From the NCBI GenBank assembly GCA_964436545.1, contig CAYTCJ010000004.1, positions 59,368 to 123,367 of the forward strand: 64,000 nt of DNA, given 5' to 3'. The number at the start of each line of letters is the position of its first letter. The stretch's first letter is position 1. Positions 20,563 through 29,635 of the stretch are shown piece by piece. The notes under the pieces are model-generated. The model was not told where the DNA came from, made no database searches, and worked only from the letters and a program-made list of their open reading frames with translations. This DNA comes from an uncultured Candidatus Saccharibacteria bacterium. Lineage in GTDB: Bacteria > Patescibacteriota > Doudnabacteria > UBA920. A program made the position numbers and the translations under genes.

Positions 20563-21969
20563 TTACGTGCCGGCTTTTCTCTTTAAGTGAATTTTAACAG
20601 GCGTACCGTAAAAATCCAAGTCGCGGATAATTGAGTTTTCCAAATAGTGTTTAAATTGGGAGGAAATGGCTGGTGGAAAATTGACCAAAAGTTCAAAAGT
20701 CGGGGGGTTAATTTCAATTTGACTTAAATTATAAACTTTAGGGGCTTTTTGGTCCCACATTCTTTTGGGCGGTTGGGCTTTTAATTTTTTGGTTAAGAAA
20801 GCGGTTAGCTCGGTCGGGGAAATTTGTTTGTGTCGGCGAGTATAAATCGGCTGAATCGCTGTAAGGGCTTCCGACAAACCTTCGCCGGTTTTAGCAGAGA
20901 CAAAAAATACCGGGCACATCCACAAAAACGGAAAATGGTGGCTAATGTAATCTTGCAAAGATTGGTAAGTATTGTCGCTCTGACCTTTTTTTAAAGTTTT
21001 GCGAGTGATTTTGGGTTTGGCTTCAGCTAAGTATTGGTCCACTTTATTGACTAAAATTATGCAACCTTTTTGCATACTTAAAATTTCTTGCGCAATTTTT
21101 TGGTCTTGGACGGTAATGGGTTCAAGAGCGTCTAAGACTAATAAGCACACATCACTTTTGCGAATGGATTTAAAAGTTTGGTAACCGCTAAAAATATCCG
21201 GCTGGCTCTGTTTGTGGTCTTTTTTCTTCAGCCCGGCTGTGTCTATGAACGTGTAGGCTTGTTGGTTAAGAGTGAGGTGTTCATCTATGGAAGTTCGGGT
21301 AGTGCCCGGAATATTGGAAACCACGACTCGGGGAGCGTTGAGGATTTTATTGAACAAAGAAGATTTGCCCACATTGGGTTTGCCCACTATGGCGACTTTA
21401 ATGCCTTCGGGGAGGGTGGTGGGTTCCGAGGAGGGTGGGGGTAAAAGATTAACCGCGGTTTCCAATAAATCGCCCACGCCCACGCCGGTGAGGGCGGAAA
21501 TGGGGCATACGGGTTTTATGCCAAGGCGGGAAAATTCACTGGCTTGTACAATGCGTTTTTGGTTAGAGTCCAGTTTATTGACCGCCAAAATTTTGGGCAA
21601 AGGATTTTTTCGAAATTTAATTAAGACTTGTCTGTCTATGGCGCTTAAGGGGGCTTTGCCATCTACTACAAAAATTAGCACATCTGCTGTGCGTAAAGCG
21701 GTTTCAATTTGGGTTTGGATATTTTTTTCCAGTTCCGCTGAGTCAGCGTTGCGAGCCGAGGTGGGATGGTTAAACATTAAACCGGCGGTATCGGCCAAAA
21801 TAAATTCTCTTCCGGCAAAAGCGGTTTTGACATATTGTCGATCTCGGGTAGTACCGGCAATGTCGCTGGTAACGGCTAAAGCTCCGCCAATGATTTTATT
21901 CATCAAAGTGGATTTACCGGCGTTGGGTGGTCCAACGAGGGCAATAATGGGTAAGTGAGAGGTTGTCAT
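20563..21969 (-). CDS. der: ribosome biogenesis GTPase Der (EngA)
   Basis: Two tandem G domains (GPPNAGKST, GKPNVGKSS; DTAG; NKxD) plus KH-like C-terminus (FYGTPVKI). Confidence 0.95.
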   Translation of the reverse strand: MTTSHLPIIALVGPPNAGKSTLMNKIIGGALAVTSDIAGTTRDRQYVKTAFAGREFILADTAGLMFNHPTSARNADSAELEKNIQTQIETALRTADVLIFVVDGKAPLSAIDRQVLIKFRKNPLPKILAVNKLDSNQKRIVQASEFSRLGIKPVCPISALTGVGVGDLLETAVNLLPPPSSEPTTLPEGIKVAIVGKPNVGKSSLFNKILNAPRVVVSNIPGTTRTSIDEHLTLNQQAYTFIDTAGLKKKDHKQSQPDIFSGYQTFKSIRKSDVCLLVLDALEPITVQDQKIAQEILSMQKGCIILVNKVDQYLAEAKPKITRKTLKKGQSDNTYQSLQDYISHHFPFLWMCPVFFVSAKTGEGLSEALTAIQPIYTRRHKQISPTELTAFLTKKLKAQPPKRMWDQKAPKVYNLSQIEINPPTFELLVNFPPAISSQFKHYLENSIIRDLDFYGTPVKIHLKRKAGT

Positions 21970-21995
21970 ATAAGTAAGATTCGGAAATAATTAGT

Positions 21996-23501
21996 TTAAT
22001 TACCTAGCACAATAATCAGATCAACTTTGTCCGCATCGAGCTTAACTCCCGGAGGAGGCAAGCTTACCTCTTTGGCCTGAAAAGTGTTTTTAATAAATTC
22101 CAAAGAGGCGGGCTTGGGGTTGACGGTAAATACAATGGTTTGCGAGAGAAAGTCCGGAGTATAATTTAGTTTCCAGACTGTAAAATTATTGGCTAATAAT
22201 TTTTGTTCCGCCTGTTGATATTTTTTTGCATCAGTGGTGGAATTGGCGAGCCAAACTCGACTACGTTCGGCATTAAGTTTACCGTATAAAAAAGTATTTT
22301 TGAAATAGTCTCTTAAATCATCTAAGGTTTTACCCGGACAGGGGATTAAAATGTAAGCTCCGGTTTCGGCTTGAATTTCGGGGCAGACTAAGCCGGTTTC
22401 CAAACCTAAGTTTAAAGATAAAAATTGTTGAATGTTTTGGTTTTTAACCAATTCGTATAAACGGTAAATCTCGCCGGGGTTTAAGTTAGTATGAAAGTGG
22501 TCGGATAAGATGCCTAATAAATTATTGAGTTTATTGGGACTGGCTAACAGGTTTTTGCTGAACACTTTACTCTTAAACGCCATAATAACTTTTTGTTGTC
22601 GGAGACTGCGAGCAAAATCACTGCCTTCGTTATTATTACCATGGCGGGAGCGGGCAAAAATCAGGGCCCTTTGGCCGTCCATATGCTCGGGACCTTGAGT
22701 AAAAGTTTGGGTGGGCAAAAAGCCTAATTTTTCATCGGGAAATTGGGCGTCGGAAAAACTGTTTTCTATGTTCACCGTAATGCCACCCACTTCATTAATG
22801 GCTTTTTCAAAGCCGGCAAAATCGATTACCGCAAAATAAGGAATAGTTAAACCCGAAAGTCTTTCTACGGCTTGTCTGGCCCATTTACCGGCGGTATCGT
22901 AACTTTTGGTTCTTGCCATACCTTCGGCAAATACGCTGTTAATTTTTCTATCGCCTAAGTTATTTGGGAGGGTGGTAAGCCAATCCCTAGGAATGGAGAC
23001 AAAAGCAACTTCGGAAGTTTGGGGTTTAATTTGTGCGAGGAGCATACTGTCGGTTAAGTAAGGACCTTCGTGGCCACTCCCGCCAATCCCTAAGAGTAAA
23101 ACATTAATTTGCCCTTTATTTTCACCTTGGAGTTTTAAATTGCCGGTTGCTCCTCTTAAGGCTTCCCAGACTTTGCCAAACACTGTGGTGGTTTGACCGG
23201 TAAAAATTTTAGCCGAGAGGGTATTGGCGCGATGGAATACCCAAACAGCCATTAAACCGCAAAGCACAAAAATTAAGAGCCACCAAAATTTTTTACCGGT
23301 GGGCACTTTGGGATTTAAGGCTAATAAATCTATAGTTTGGGGAGATGGTGAGGGCGTTGGAGTTTTAGCGGTTAACGGGACTCCCGGAGTAATTGAGGGA
23401 GGGGAAGGTAGCGAAGTTTTTGGGGGTTTAACTATAGGTGGCACAGCTGAAGTTTTGGACAAAATGGGTTTTTGTGATGCGGAGTCTAAAGATTTTTTCA
23501 T
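21996..23501 (-). CDS. LytR/CpsA/Psr (LCP) family protein
   Basis: NVLLLGIGG, LTDSML, SIPRD, FARSRH, SDFARSLRQQ; LytR C-terminal domain. Confidence 0.92.
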   Translation of the reverse strand: MKKSLDSASQKPILSKTSAVPPIVKPPKTSLPSPPSITPGVPLTAKTPTPSPSPQTIDLLALNPKVPTGKKFWWLLIFVLCGLMAVWVFHRANTLSAKIFTGQTTTVFGKVWEALRGATGNLKLQGENKGQINVLLLGIGGSGHEGPYLTDSMLLAQIKPQTSEVAFVSIPRDWLTTLPNNLGDRKINSVFAEGMARTKSYDTAGKWARQAVERLSGLTIPYFAVIDFAGFEKAINEVGGITVNIENSFSDAQFPDEKLGFLPTQTFTQGPEHMDGQRALIFARSRHGNNNEGSDFARSLRQQKVIMAFKSKVFSKNLLASPNKLNNLLGILSDHFHTNLNPGEIYRLYELVKNQNIQQFLSLNLGLETGLVCPEIQAETGAYILIPCPGKTLDDLRDYFKNTFLYGKLNAERSRVWLANSTTDAKKYQQAEQKLLANNFTVWKLNYTPDFLSQTIVFTVNPKPASLEFIKNTFQAKEVSLPPPGVKLDADKVDLIIVLGN

Positions 23502-23750
23502 AACTTTACTATTATATCTAATATCATTAAAATAAGCTATACGGTATGACTTGCTTTATGAGGTTTAGAATGGTATTATTTTGACACACTGCAAAGATTT
23601 TAAAGTATAAAAATTGGATAAATTAGGGTGAGGCGAGACGTAAAATTAATATCAACTGGTTATCTGCCTCTACCAGTCGGTAGACAGGTGCCGGCAGGCA
23701 GGGAGCGTTGCATTTTCACCCCGTTAAATTATTTGGTCGTATAGCTCAGT

Positions 23751-23863
23751 CTTGCCCTGTTAGATTTTTTGGACAATTAGCTCAGCTGGTTAGAGCGTTG
23801 CATTCACATTGCAAAGGTCACTGGTTCGAATCCAGTATTGTCCACCAAATCTAACAGGGTGAA
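23751..23863. mobile_element. inverted-repeat element (CCCTGTTAGA family) enclosing the intact tRNA-Val
   Basis: CTTGCCCTGTTAGATT ... AATCTAACAGGGTGAA termini. Confidence 0.65.
23771..23847 (+). tRNA. tRNA-Val(CAC)
   Basis: GGACAATTAGCTCAGCTGGTTAGAGC, anticodon arm TTGCA-TTCACAT-TGCAA, GGTTCGAATCC, CCA end. Confidence 0.95.
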
Positions 23864-24156
23864 GTTACCTGCCTGCCGGCAGGCAGGGAGCGCGCCGTTC
23901 ACATCGGCGAGGCCTCTAGTTCGAGTCCAGATACGACCACCATAATCACGACTAAATTTAACGGGGCAAGCATTGCAAAGGTACTGGCTTGCCCTGTTAA
24001 ATTCGCAAAGCGAATATTTAACAGGGTAAAAATCCAGTATTTTCTATCATTCTAAAAGTTTATCTACCTACCGTTTTTTTTGCTCTTGACCGAATTGGAA
24101 AAATCATTACAATTACACTACTGCTCACTCAATTAGAAAACTATTAAAAAAGTTTT

Positions 24157-24747
24157 ATGGAAACCCAAAATCTGCAAAATCAAAATGACAATTCGAGTTC
24201 AGTTAAAAGTTTTGTTTGGGATTTGGTAAAAATTATTACCATTTCTTTGGCGATTATTATTCCGTTTCGATTAATTATTGCCGAGCCGTTTGTGGTGAGC
24301 GGTTCTTCCATGTTGCCCAATTTCCACGACCGGGATTATTTAATTGTGAATCGGTTAACCTATCGCGAACACTTACCCAAGCGGGGAGATGTAATTGTAA
24401 TGAAGTATCCTAAAGATAACCGACAGTATTTTATTAAACGCATTATTGGGCTACCGGGCGAATCGGTAAGTTTGGTTAACGGTAAAGTTAAAATCAGTAA
24501 TGCCAACAATCCGGCGGGCTTTGTGCTGGAAGAAAGTTATTTACCCGCTGAGACACCGACTTTGGGTAAGCCCGGGCCCACCACTTTGGGCAGTGAAGAA
24601 TATTTTGTGTTGGGTGACAACCGCACCGCTTCCTCAGATTCGCGCGTGTGGGGAATTTTGCCTAAAAGTGATATTGTCGGTAAGGCTTGGCTCAGAGTGT
24701 TTCCTTTTAAAACTTTTGGGTTTATTCCTTCTGCCAGTTATTGGTAA
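24157..24747 (+). CDS. lepB: signal peptidase I
   Basis: SGSSMLPNF, FIKRIIGLPG, GDNRTASSDSR. Confidence 0.96.
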   Translation: METQNLQNQNDNSSSVKSFVWDLVKIITISLAIIIPFRLIIAEPFVVSGSSMLPNFHDRDYLIVNRLTYREHLPKRGDVIVMKYPKDNRQYFIKRIIGLPGESVSLVNGKVKISNANNPAGFVLEESYLPAETPTLGKPGPTTLGSEEYFVLGDNRTASSDSRVWGILPKSDIVGKAWLRVFPFKTFGFIPSASYW

Positions 24748-24819
24748 GAGTTATATTTGCTCAGTAGCTGATGATACTTTTTACTTTATCAACTTTCAAA
24801 CTTTATAACTGTTTACAAT

Positions 24820-26118
24820 ATGGGTCGACCGAAAAAAAATCCTACAATTTCTGCTGTGCCTCAAGCAAAAAAATTGAATGCTTTGCCCGGGTGTTTTGAT
24901 GTCCACACAGGTTTAGATATGGCTTGGAATGTTTTACTTAAAAACTTTTTAAAAACTTGTCGGATGTATGGGTTTGCCAAGGCCGAGGCCCCACTGTTAG
25001 AAGATGCTAGGCTGTATAGTTTATTTTATGAACAAGAAACTCCGCCGGCTCGGTTATTAACCTGGCCCATGGGCAATTTAACCACGGCTTTTCGGCCCAC
25101 CCAACTGCCGGGATTAATTCGGAGCTTTGTGGAAAAAAAATTATACGATCAACCGGGTTTGCAAAAGTGGTACTATACCGGACCGGTGGTGGAACAAACC
25201 GCCCAGCATCAATTAGTGAGCGATTACGAATTCGGTGCCGAAATTTTAGGCCAATTTAATCATTTAAACGAAGCGCAGGTAATTGCACTCGCTTGGACCT
25301 TTTTTAATTCTCTAGGGTTAGAGGAAGTGAGTTTGGAAGTGAATAATTTAGGCAGTGTGGAAAGTAAAAAATTATATACCGAAACGCTTACCGAGGCGAT
25401 CTTGCCCAAAAAATACGATTTATGCGATGACTGTGAAGGCTGGTTGGAGCTTAACCCCCTCCAGATGTTTCGCTGTTCCAATTTAGATTGCCAAACTATT
25501 TTAGCCGATAGCGGACCCAGCGTTTTAGATTTCTTAGATGAAACCGCTAACCAAAATTTTACTTTGGTTCTGGAATCTTTAGAAGAGATGAATATTCCTT
25601 ACCAACTTAACCCTTTTTATACCGGTAAGCCCGGGGCGACTAAAAGTATTTTTGTGTTTAAGTTTAAAAGTAAAGAACAAACTTTAATTTTAGCCGAAGG
25701 TGGACATAGGCAAAGTTTTGCGGAAAAATTATCGGGTAAGCCCATTGGCGCGTTTGGTTTTAACGGGAGTTTTGTGGAGCTTAAAAATAAGTTGGCTGAA
25801 CTGACGCCTTTGGAAGCCGGTCGCATAAATAGTGAAGTGTGTTTGGTGCCTCTGGGAGACTTGGCCGCTAAACGCAGTTTGCGTTTGTTTAAAGATTTAA
25901 CCGAACAGAAAATTACGGTTTATGACCATTTTGGTCAAAGCGGGGTGAAAAACCAATTAAAAGTGGCCCAGACTCACGAAGTGCCGATTGCTTTAATTAT
26001 GGGACAGAAAGAAGCCATTGATGAAATGGTAATTTTAAGGGATGTAAAGTCCGGTATGCAAGAAATTATTTCTTATGATAAGATTATTGATGAAGTCAAG
26101 AAACGATTGGGGCGTTAA
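24820..26118 (+). CDS. histidyl-tRNA synthetase-like protein with degenerate catalytic motifs
   Basis: HisRS layout (LPGCFD, FRPT, GAEILG, anticodon-binding domain with ILRDVKSGMQ) but motif 2 and the LDYY/GGRYD motifs are altered. Confidence 0.8.
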   Translation: MGRPKKNPTISAVPQAKKLNALPGCFDVHTGLDMAWNVLLKNFLKTCRMYGFAKAEAPLLEDARLYSLFYEQETPPARLLTWPMGNLTTAFRPTQLPGLIRSFVEKKLYDQPGLQKWYYTGPVVEQTAQHQLVSDYEFGAEILGQFNHLNEAQVIALAWTFFNSLGLEEVSLEVNNLGSVESKKLYTETLTEAILPKKYDLCDDCEGWLELNPLQMFRCSNLDCQTILADSGPSVLDFLDETANQNFTLVLESLEEMNIPYQLNPFYTGKPGATKSIFVFKFKSKEQTLILAEGGHRQSFAEKLSGKPIGAFGFNGSFVELKNKLAELTPLEAGRINSEVCLVPLGDLAAKRSLRLFKDLTEQKITVYDHFGQSGVKNQLKVAQTHEVPIALIMGQKEAIDEMVILRDVKSGMQEIISYDKIIDEVKKRLGR

Positions 26119-26183
26119 AAGTTGTAAGTAGTAAGTTGTAGGTTGTAGGTAACTTACTACTTATTTACTTACAACTTACAACT
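26119..26183. repeat. inverted pair of AAGTTGT/AAGTAGT heptamer arrays
   Basis: AAGTTGTAAGTAGTAAGTTG... followed by ...ACTTATTTACTTACAACTTACAACT. Confidence 0.8.
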
Positions 26184-26193
26184 AATTTTATGG

Positions 26194-26285
26194 ACCCCGT
26201 TAGAAGTTTAAACAATTATTAAAGCAACTTGATTAACTTAAAATAAATTATTACAATTTTTACTTATGATTACTTCTAACGGGGT
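26194..26285. mobile_element. CCCCGTTAGAAGT inverted-repeat element overlapping the hinT start
   Basis: ACCCCGTTAGAAGT ... ACTTCTAACGGGGT, perfect 14-bp inverted repeat. Confidence 0.7.
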
Positions 26286-26619
26286 GGACGATTGTGTATT
26301 TTGTAACATTATTAATAAAACCATTGAGGCTACCGTAGAAATGGAAGACGCTGAGGTGCTGGTAATTCGGGATATTTTGCCCAAAGCGCCGGTGCACTTG
26401 TTAATTTTGCCCAAAATTCATTTGGTCTCGGTTAATGAATTAACTCAGGAACACAGCGCTTTGGTGGCCAAGTTGGTTTTGACAGCTAAAGCCATGGCGG
26501 AAAAGTTTGGCATAAACCAGACGGGTTATAAGTTAATTTTTAACGTGGGGAGAGACGGCGGTATGGTAATTCCCCATTTGCATTTACATTTGTTGGGTGG
26601 TAAAAATTTGGGGGAATAG
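26266..26619 (+). CDS. hinT: HIT-family purine nucleoside phosphoramidase
   Basis: DCVFCNII, PKAPVHLLILPK, HLHLHLLGG histidine triad; start may be GTG at 26284. Confidence 0.93.
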   Translation: MITSNGVDDCVFCNIINKTIEATVEMEDAEVLVIRDILPKAPVHLLILPKIHLVSVNELTQEHSALVAKLVLTAKAMAEKFGINQTGYKLIFNVGRDGGMVIPHLHLHLLGGKNLGE

Positions 26620-26687
26620 TCCCGTTAGAAGTAAGATACCAGAAGTATCTGCAGTTGTGCCTAAGGCACAACTGACTTCTAACGGGA
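26620..26687. repeat. CCCGTTAGAAGT inverted-repeat element
   Basis: TCCCGTTAGAAGT ... ACTTCTAACGGGA with inner hairpins. Confidence 0.75.
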
Positions 26688-26766
26688 TTTTGTTTGACTA
26701 AAAATGTTAAATTCAGTATACTTAGCTAAGTATTAAATCTAAAATTGAAAGGATAGGTGAATTTAA

Positions 26767-27006
26767 GTGGTTGAAGTAAAAAAGAAAGACGGAGAAAGTT
26801 TTGACTCTTTGTTCCGCAGATTTTCCAGAAAAATCCAACAAAGTGGCGTGCTTATTCGTGCCCGCCGAACCCGTTTTTATACTCGGGAAAAAAGTCGCAA
26901 TTTGCAAAAAGTGGCTGCCAGAAGAAGAGCTAAAAATCGAGAAGAGCGAGAAGAGCTGAAAAAATTAGGCAAGCCAATGCCAGTAAGAAAATATGGACGA
27001 AGATAA
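26767..27006 (+). CDS. rpsU: 30S ribosomal protein S21
   Basis: VEVKKKDGESFDSLFRRFSRKIQ, basic; next to hinT and YqeY. Confidence 0.88.
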   Translation: MVEVKKKDGESFDSLFRRFSRKIQQSGVLIRARRTRFYTREKSRNLQKVAARRRAKNREEREELKKLGKPMPVRKYGRR

Positions 27007-27108
27007 ACTAAATGGCAAAAATTAAAAAATGACAAAATTGACAAAAATAACCGCAGTTTAATTTTTTGTTCACTTCCGTCGTTTTTGTCATTTTTATTTA
27101 CTTACAAA

Positions 27109-27546
27109 ATGAATTTACAAGAAATAGAAACTCAATTAAAAGATGCCATGAAAGCCAAAGACACGGTAGCCGTGGGAGTTTTACGTGGGTTAAAAACTCG
27201 GGTGCAAAACGAGCAAATCGCCAAACAAAAAACTTTGGAAGCCGAAGAAATTTTTGCCCTGATTCGCAGTGAAATTAAAAAGCGCAAAGAAGCTTCCGAG
27301 AGTTACACCACCGGGGGCAGGTTGGATTTGGCGGAAAAAGAAAGTCAAGAAGCGGAAATGCTAACCAAGTTTTTACCCGCTCAAATGCCCGAAGCCGAAG
27401 TTTTAACTCACATTGAGCAAGTGTTGGCTGGGCAGAGTTTTACTGCCAGCGATTTTGGGAAAGCGATGGGTGCGGTAAAAGCCAAGCTCGGCAATAATGT
27501 AGATAACGCTTTGGTTGCCAAATTATTGAAACAGAAACTAAAATAA
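27109..27546 (+). CDS. GatB/YqeY domain protein
   Basis: LKDAMKAKD, EIKKRKEA, GRLDLAEKE, FLPAQM, GKAMG. Confidence 0.93.
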   Translation: MNLQEIETQLKDAMKAKDTVAVGVLRGLKTRVQNEQIAKQKTLEAEEIFALIRSEIKKRKEASESYTTGGRLDLAEKESQEAEMLTKFLPAQMPEAEVLTHIEQVLAGQSFTASDFGKAMGAVKAKLGNNVDNALVAKLLKQKLK

Positions 27547-27643
27547 TCTCGATCCGAATGCTCCAAATTAAATCCGAATGAACCTAATGTTCTTGAAGCA
27601 TAATTCGGATAATTCGGATGTATTCGTTGATTAGGATCGCCTT

Positions 27644-28900
27644 ATGAGTAAAGAACAATACATCACCGGCTTAGATATAGGCACGTCGGCCATTCGGGCG
27701 GTGCAAGGGCGCATTAATCCGGAAGACGGAGTTTTAAATGTGATTGGCGTTTCGGAAAGTGAAAGTTTTGGAATTCGTAAAGGTGTCCTAGTGGACATTG
27801 AAGAAGCTGTTTCCGGGATTTCCAGTGTGCTGGAGAAAGTGGAGCGCATGACCGGTGTGCCCATTGCGAGCGCTTATGTTTCCGTTTCCGGCAGTCATAT
27901 TTCTACTTTGCAAAGTCACGGAGTAATTGCCGTGTCTCGGGCCGATGGGGAAATTAGCGAAGCCGATGTAGTGAGGTGTGTAGATGCCAGCCAAGCGATT
28001 TCGGTTCCGCAAAACCGAGAAATTTTACACGTGTTTCCGAAAAGCTTCACCCTAGACGGCCAAACAGGCATTCGGGATCCGCTCGGAATGAGCGGGGTGC
28101 GTTTGGAAGTGGATACTTTAATTGTGCAGGCAGGCTTGCCGTTTATTCGGAATTTAAGTCGCACTGTGGTGCAGGCCGGTTTGGAAATTAACGATTTAGT
28201 CTTAGCGCCTTTGGCTACTGCCGAATGCGTATTAACCAAACGACAAAAAGATTTAGGCGTAGCAGTGGTGGATTTGGGTGGTGGCACTACCAGTGTGGCG
28301 GTGTTTGAAGAAGGGGATTTGCTCCACGCTTCGGTGTTGCCCATTGGACAACAACATTTAACTAACGATTTAGCCATTGGCCTAAGAAGCAGTATTGAAA
28401 CAGCGGAAAAAGTTAAACTGCTCTATGGTCATACCGACCCTAAGGTGGTAAATAAATTAGAGGAAATTGATTTGTCCAAAATTGACGAGCAGGAAAAGGA
28501 AAGTGTGGAAAGGGGCTATGTGGCGGAAATTATGGAAGCTAGACTGGAAGAAATTTTGGCCATGGTGGCTAAGGAACTTAAAAATATTGGCCGAGATGGC
28601 AAACTGCCTTCCGGCATAGTGCTTACCGGCGGAGGCGCCAAACTGCCGGGCATTGTGGAATTGGCTAAAAAACATTTGCGTTTGCCGTGTATTTTAGGCA
28701 AACCGCAAAATATTACTACGGTGATAGATAAAATTGACGATCCCAGTTTTGCGACTGTGGTGGGGTTATTGCTGTGGGGACAAAAATTTGGACAAGCGAG
28801 CAGTTTTAGCTCAGGCACCATGTTGGCTTCGGTCAAAAGCGCTTTTTCCCGCCCGGGCGCGGAAAAGGTAAAAAAGTGGTTGAGATCATTTCTTCCTTAA
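27644..28900 (+). CDS. ftsA: cell division protein FtsA
   Basis: GLDIGTS, DLGGGTT, AEKVK, VLTGGGAKL, FATVVGL. Confidence 0.98.
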   Translation: MSKEQYITGLDIGTSAIRAVQGRINPEDGVLNVIGVSESESFGIRKGVLVDIEEAVSGISSVLEKVERMTGVPIASAYVSVSGSHISTLQSHGVIAVSRADGEISEADVVRCVDASQAISVPQNREILHVFPKSFTLDGQTGIRDPLGMSGVRLEVDTLIVQAGLPFIRNLSRTVVQAGLEINDLVLAPLATAECVLTKRQKDLGVAVVDLGGGTTSVAVFEEGDLLHASVLPIGQQHLTNDLAIGLRSSIETAEKVKLLYGHTDPKVVNKLEEIDLSKIDEQEKESVERGYVAEIMEARLEEILAMVAKELKNIGRDGKLPSGIVLTGGGAKLPGIVELAKKHLRLPCILGKPQNITTVIDKIDDPSFATVVGLLLWGQKFGQASSFSSGTMLASVKSAFSRPGAEKVKKWLRSFLP

Positions 28901-29142
28901 TATAGACGAAACCCTAGATCTGTCCTTTGAAGTCCACGAGAGATGGACGAAGGAGGAAGCCTTGGCGAAGTAGGGCTCAAGTCCTTTCTGCCCTAGATGA
29001 AATCTTGCGTATGATTCGGTTTTTTAGTAATTTTTTTTGTAAGGTAAAGGATTATATGGATAGTTTTTAATATAATATCCGGCTTTAATAAGCCGGATAT
29101 TATATTTTTAAACTTATTTAAGATGAAAAATAAGCCAAAACC

Positions 29143-29171
29143 TTGACATAAAGTAAAAAATGTTATATAAT
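29143..29171 (+). promoter_or_regulatory. sigma70-type promoter at island start
   Basis: TTGACA-N17-TATAAT. Confidence 0.7.
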
Positions 29172-29454
29172 GCGAAGTTATATTATTATTCCTAACTTTC
29201 CAGTTTGGGAAGATCATATAACACAGCTCTTTAAATTATCCCTTAAGGAGGGATTAGACCCTAGTTAAATAGTGCCAATTTGGTTTGGAAATTTAACAGG
29301 GTAGAGTGTTACTTTTTAACCGCGGATTTGTGGCTGAGTTTAAAGTCAGTTGCAAATTAATTGCGGATGGTTTGGGTCTGCCAAGTGGCAGAAGTTGATG
29401 GCGAACGAATGCATAAAGGGCATTTGTCCCATGCGATAGAGATTTCATTTTATT

Positions 29455-29514
29455 TCACAGATGTTAGCGATGCGAATATACGAATGCATGCTAATGATAC
29501 GAATGAATACGGAT
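29455..29514 (+). repeat. island spacer repeat R1
   Basis: CACAGATGTTAGCGATGCGAATATACGAATGCATGCTAATGATACGAAT; related copies at 31079, 31200, 34432. Confidence 0.8.
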
Positions 29515-29635
29515 AGGGGAATCATAACTCCCCCTACCCCCTCTTTGGAAAAGAGGGGGGAAGAGAGGAATAAAAATGGAATAGCTATTGCATGGGGCAA
29601 ACAGACAAGCCCCCAATGCAGAAAGGAGCACAAAA

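Larger units (their letters stand above)
23735..23942 (+). pseudogene. interrupted tRNA-Val(CAC), second isoform
   Basis: GGTCGTATAGCTCAGT [insert] GTTA [CCTGCC palindrome] GAGCG-CGCCG-TTCACAT-CGGCG..GTTCGAGTCC..ACGACCACCA. Confidence 0.8.
23715..23970. mobile_element. inverted-repeat element (CCCCGTTAAA family) enclosing a tRNA-Val
   Basis: TTCACCCCGTTAAATT ... AATTTAACGGGGCAAG termini, inserted in the anticodon loop of the outer copy. Confidence 0.65.
23640..24049 (+). pseudogene. outer, decayed tRNA-Val copy split by three insertions
   Basis: Fragments TCAACTGGTTA / GAGCGTTGCATT / CATTGCAAAGGTACTGG / AATCCAGTATTTTCTATCA are colinear with the intact tRNA at 23771. Confidence 0.7.
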
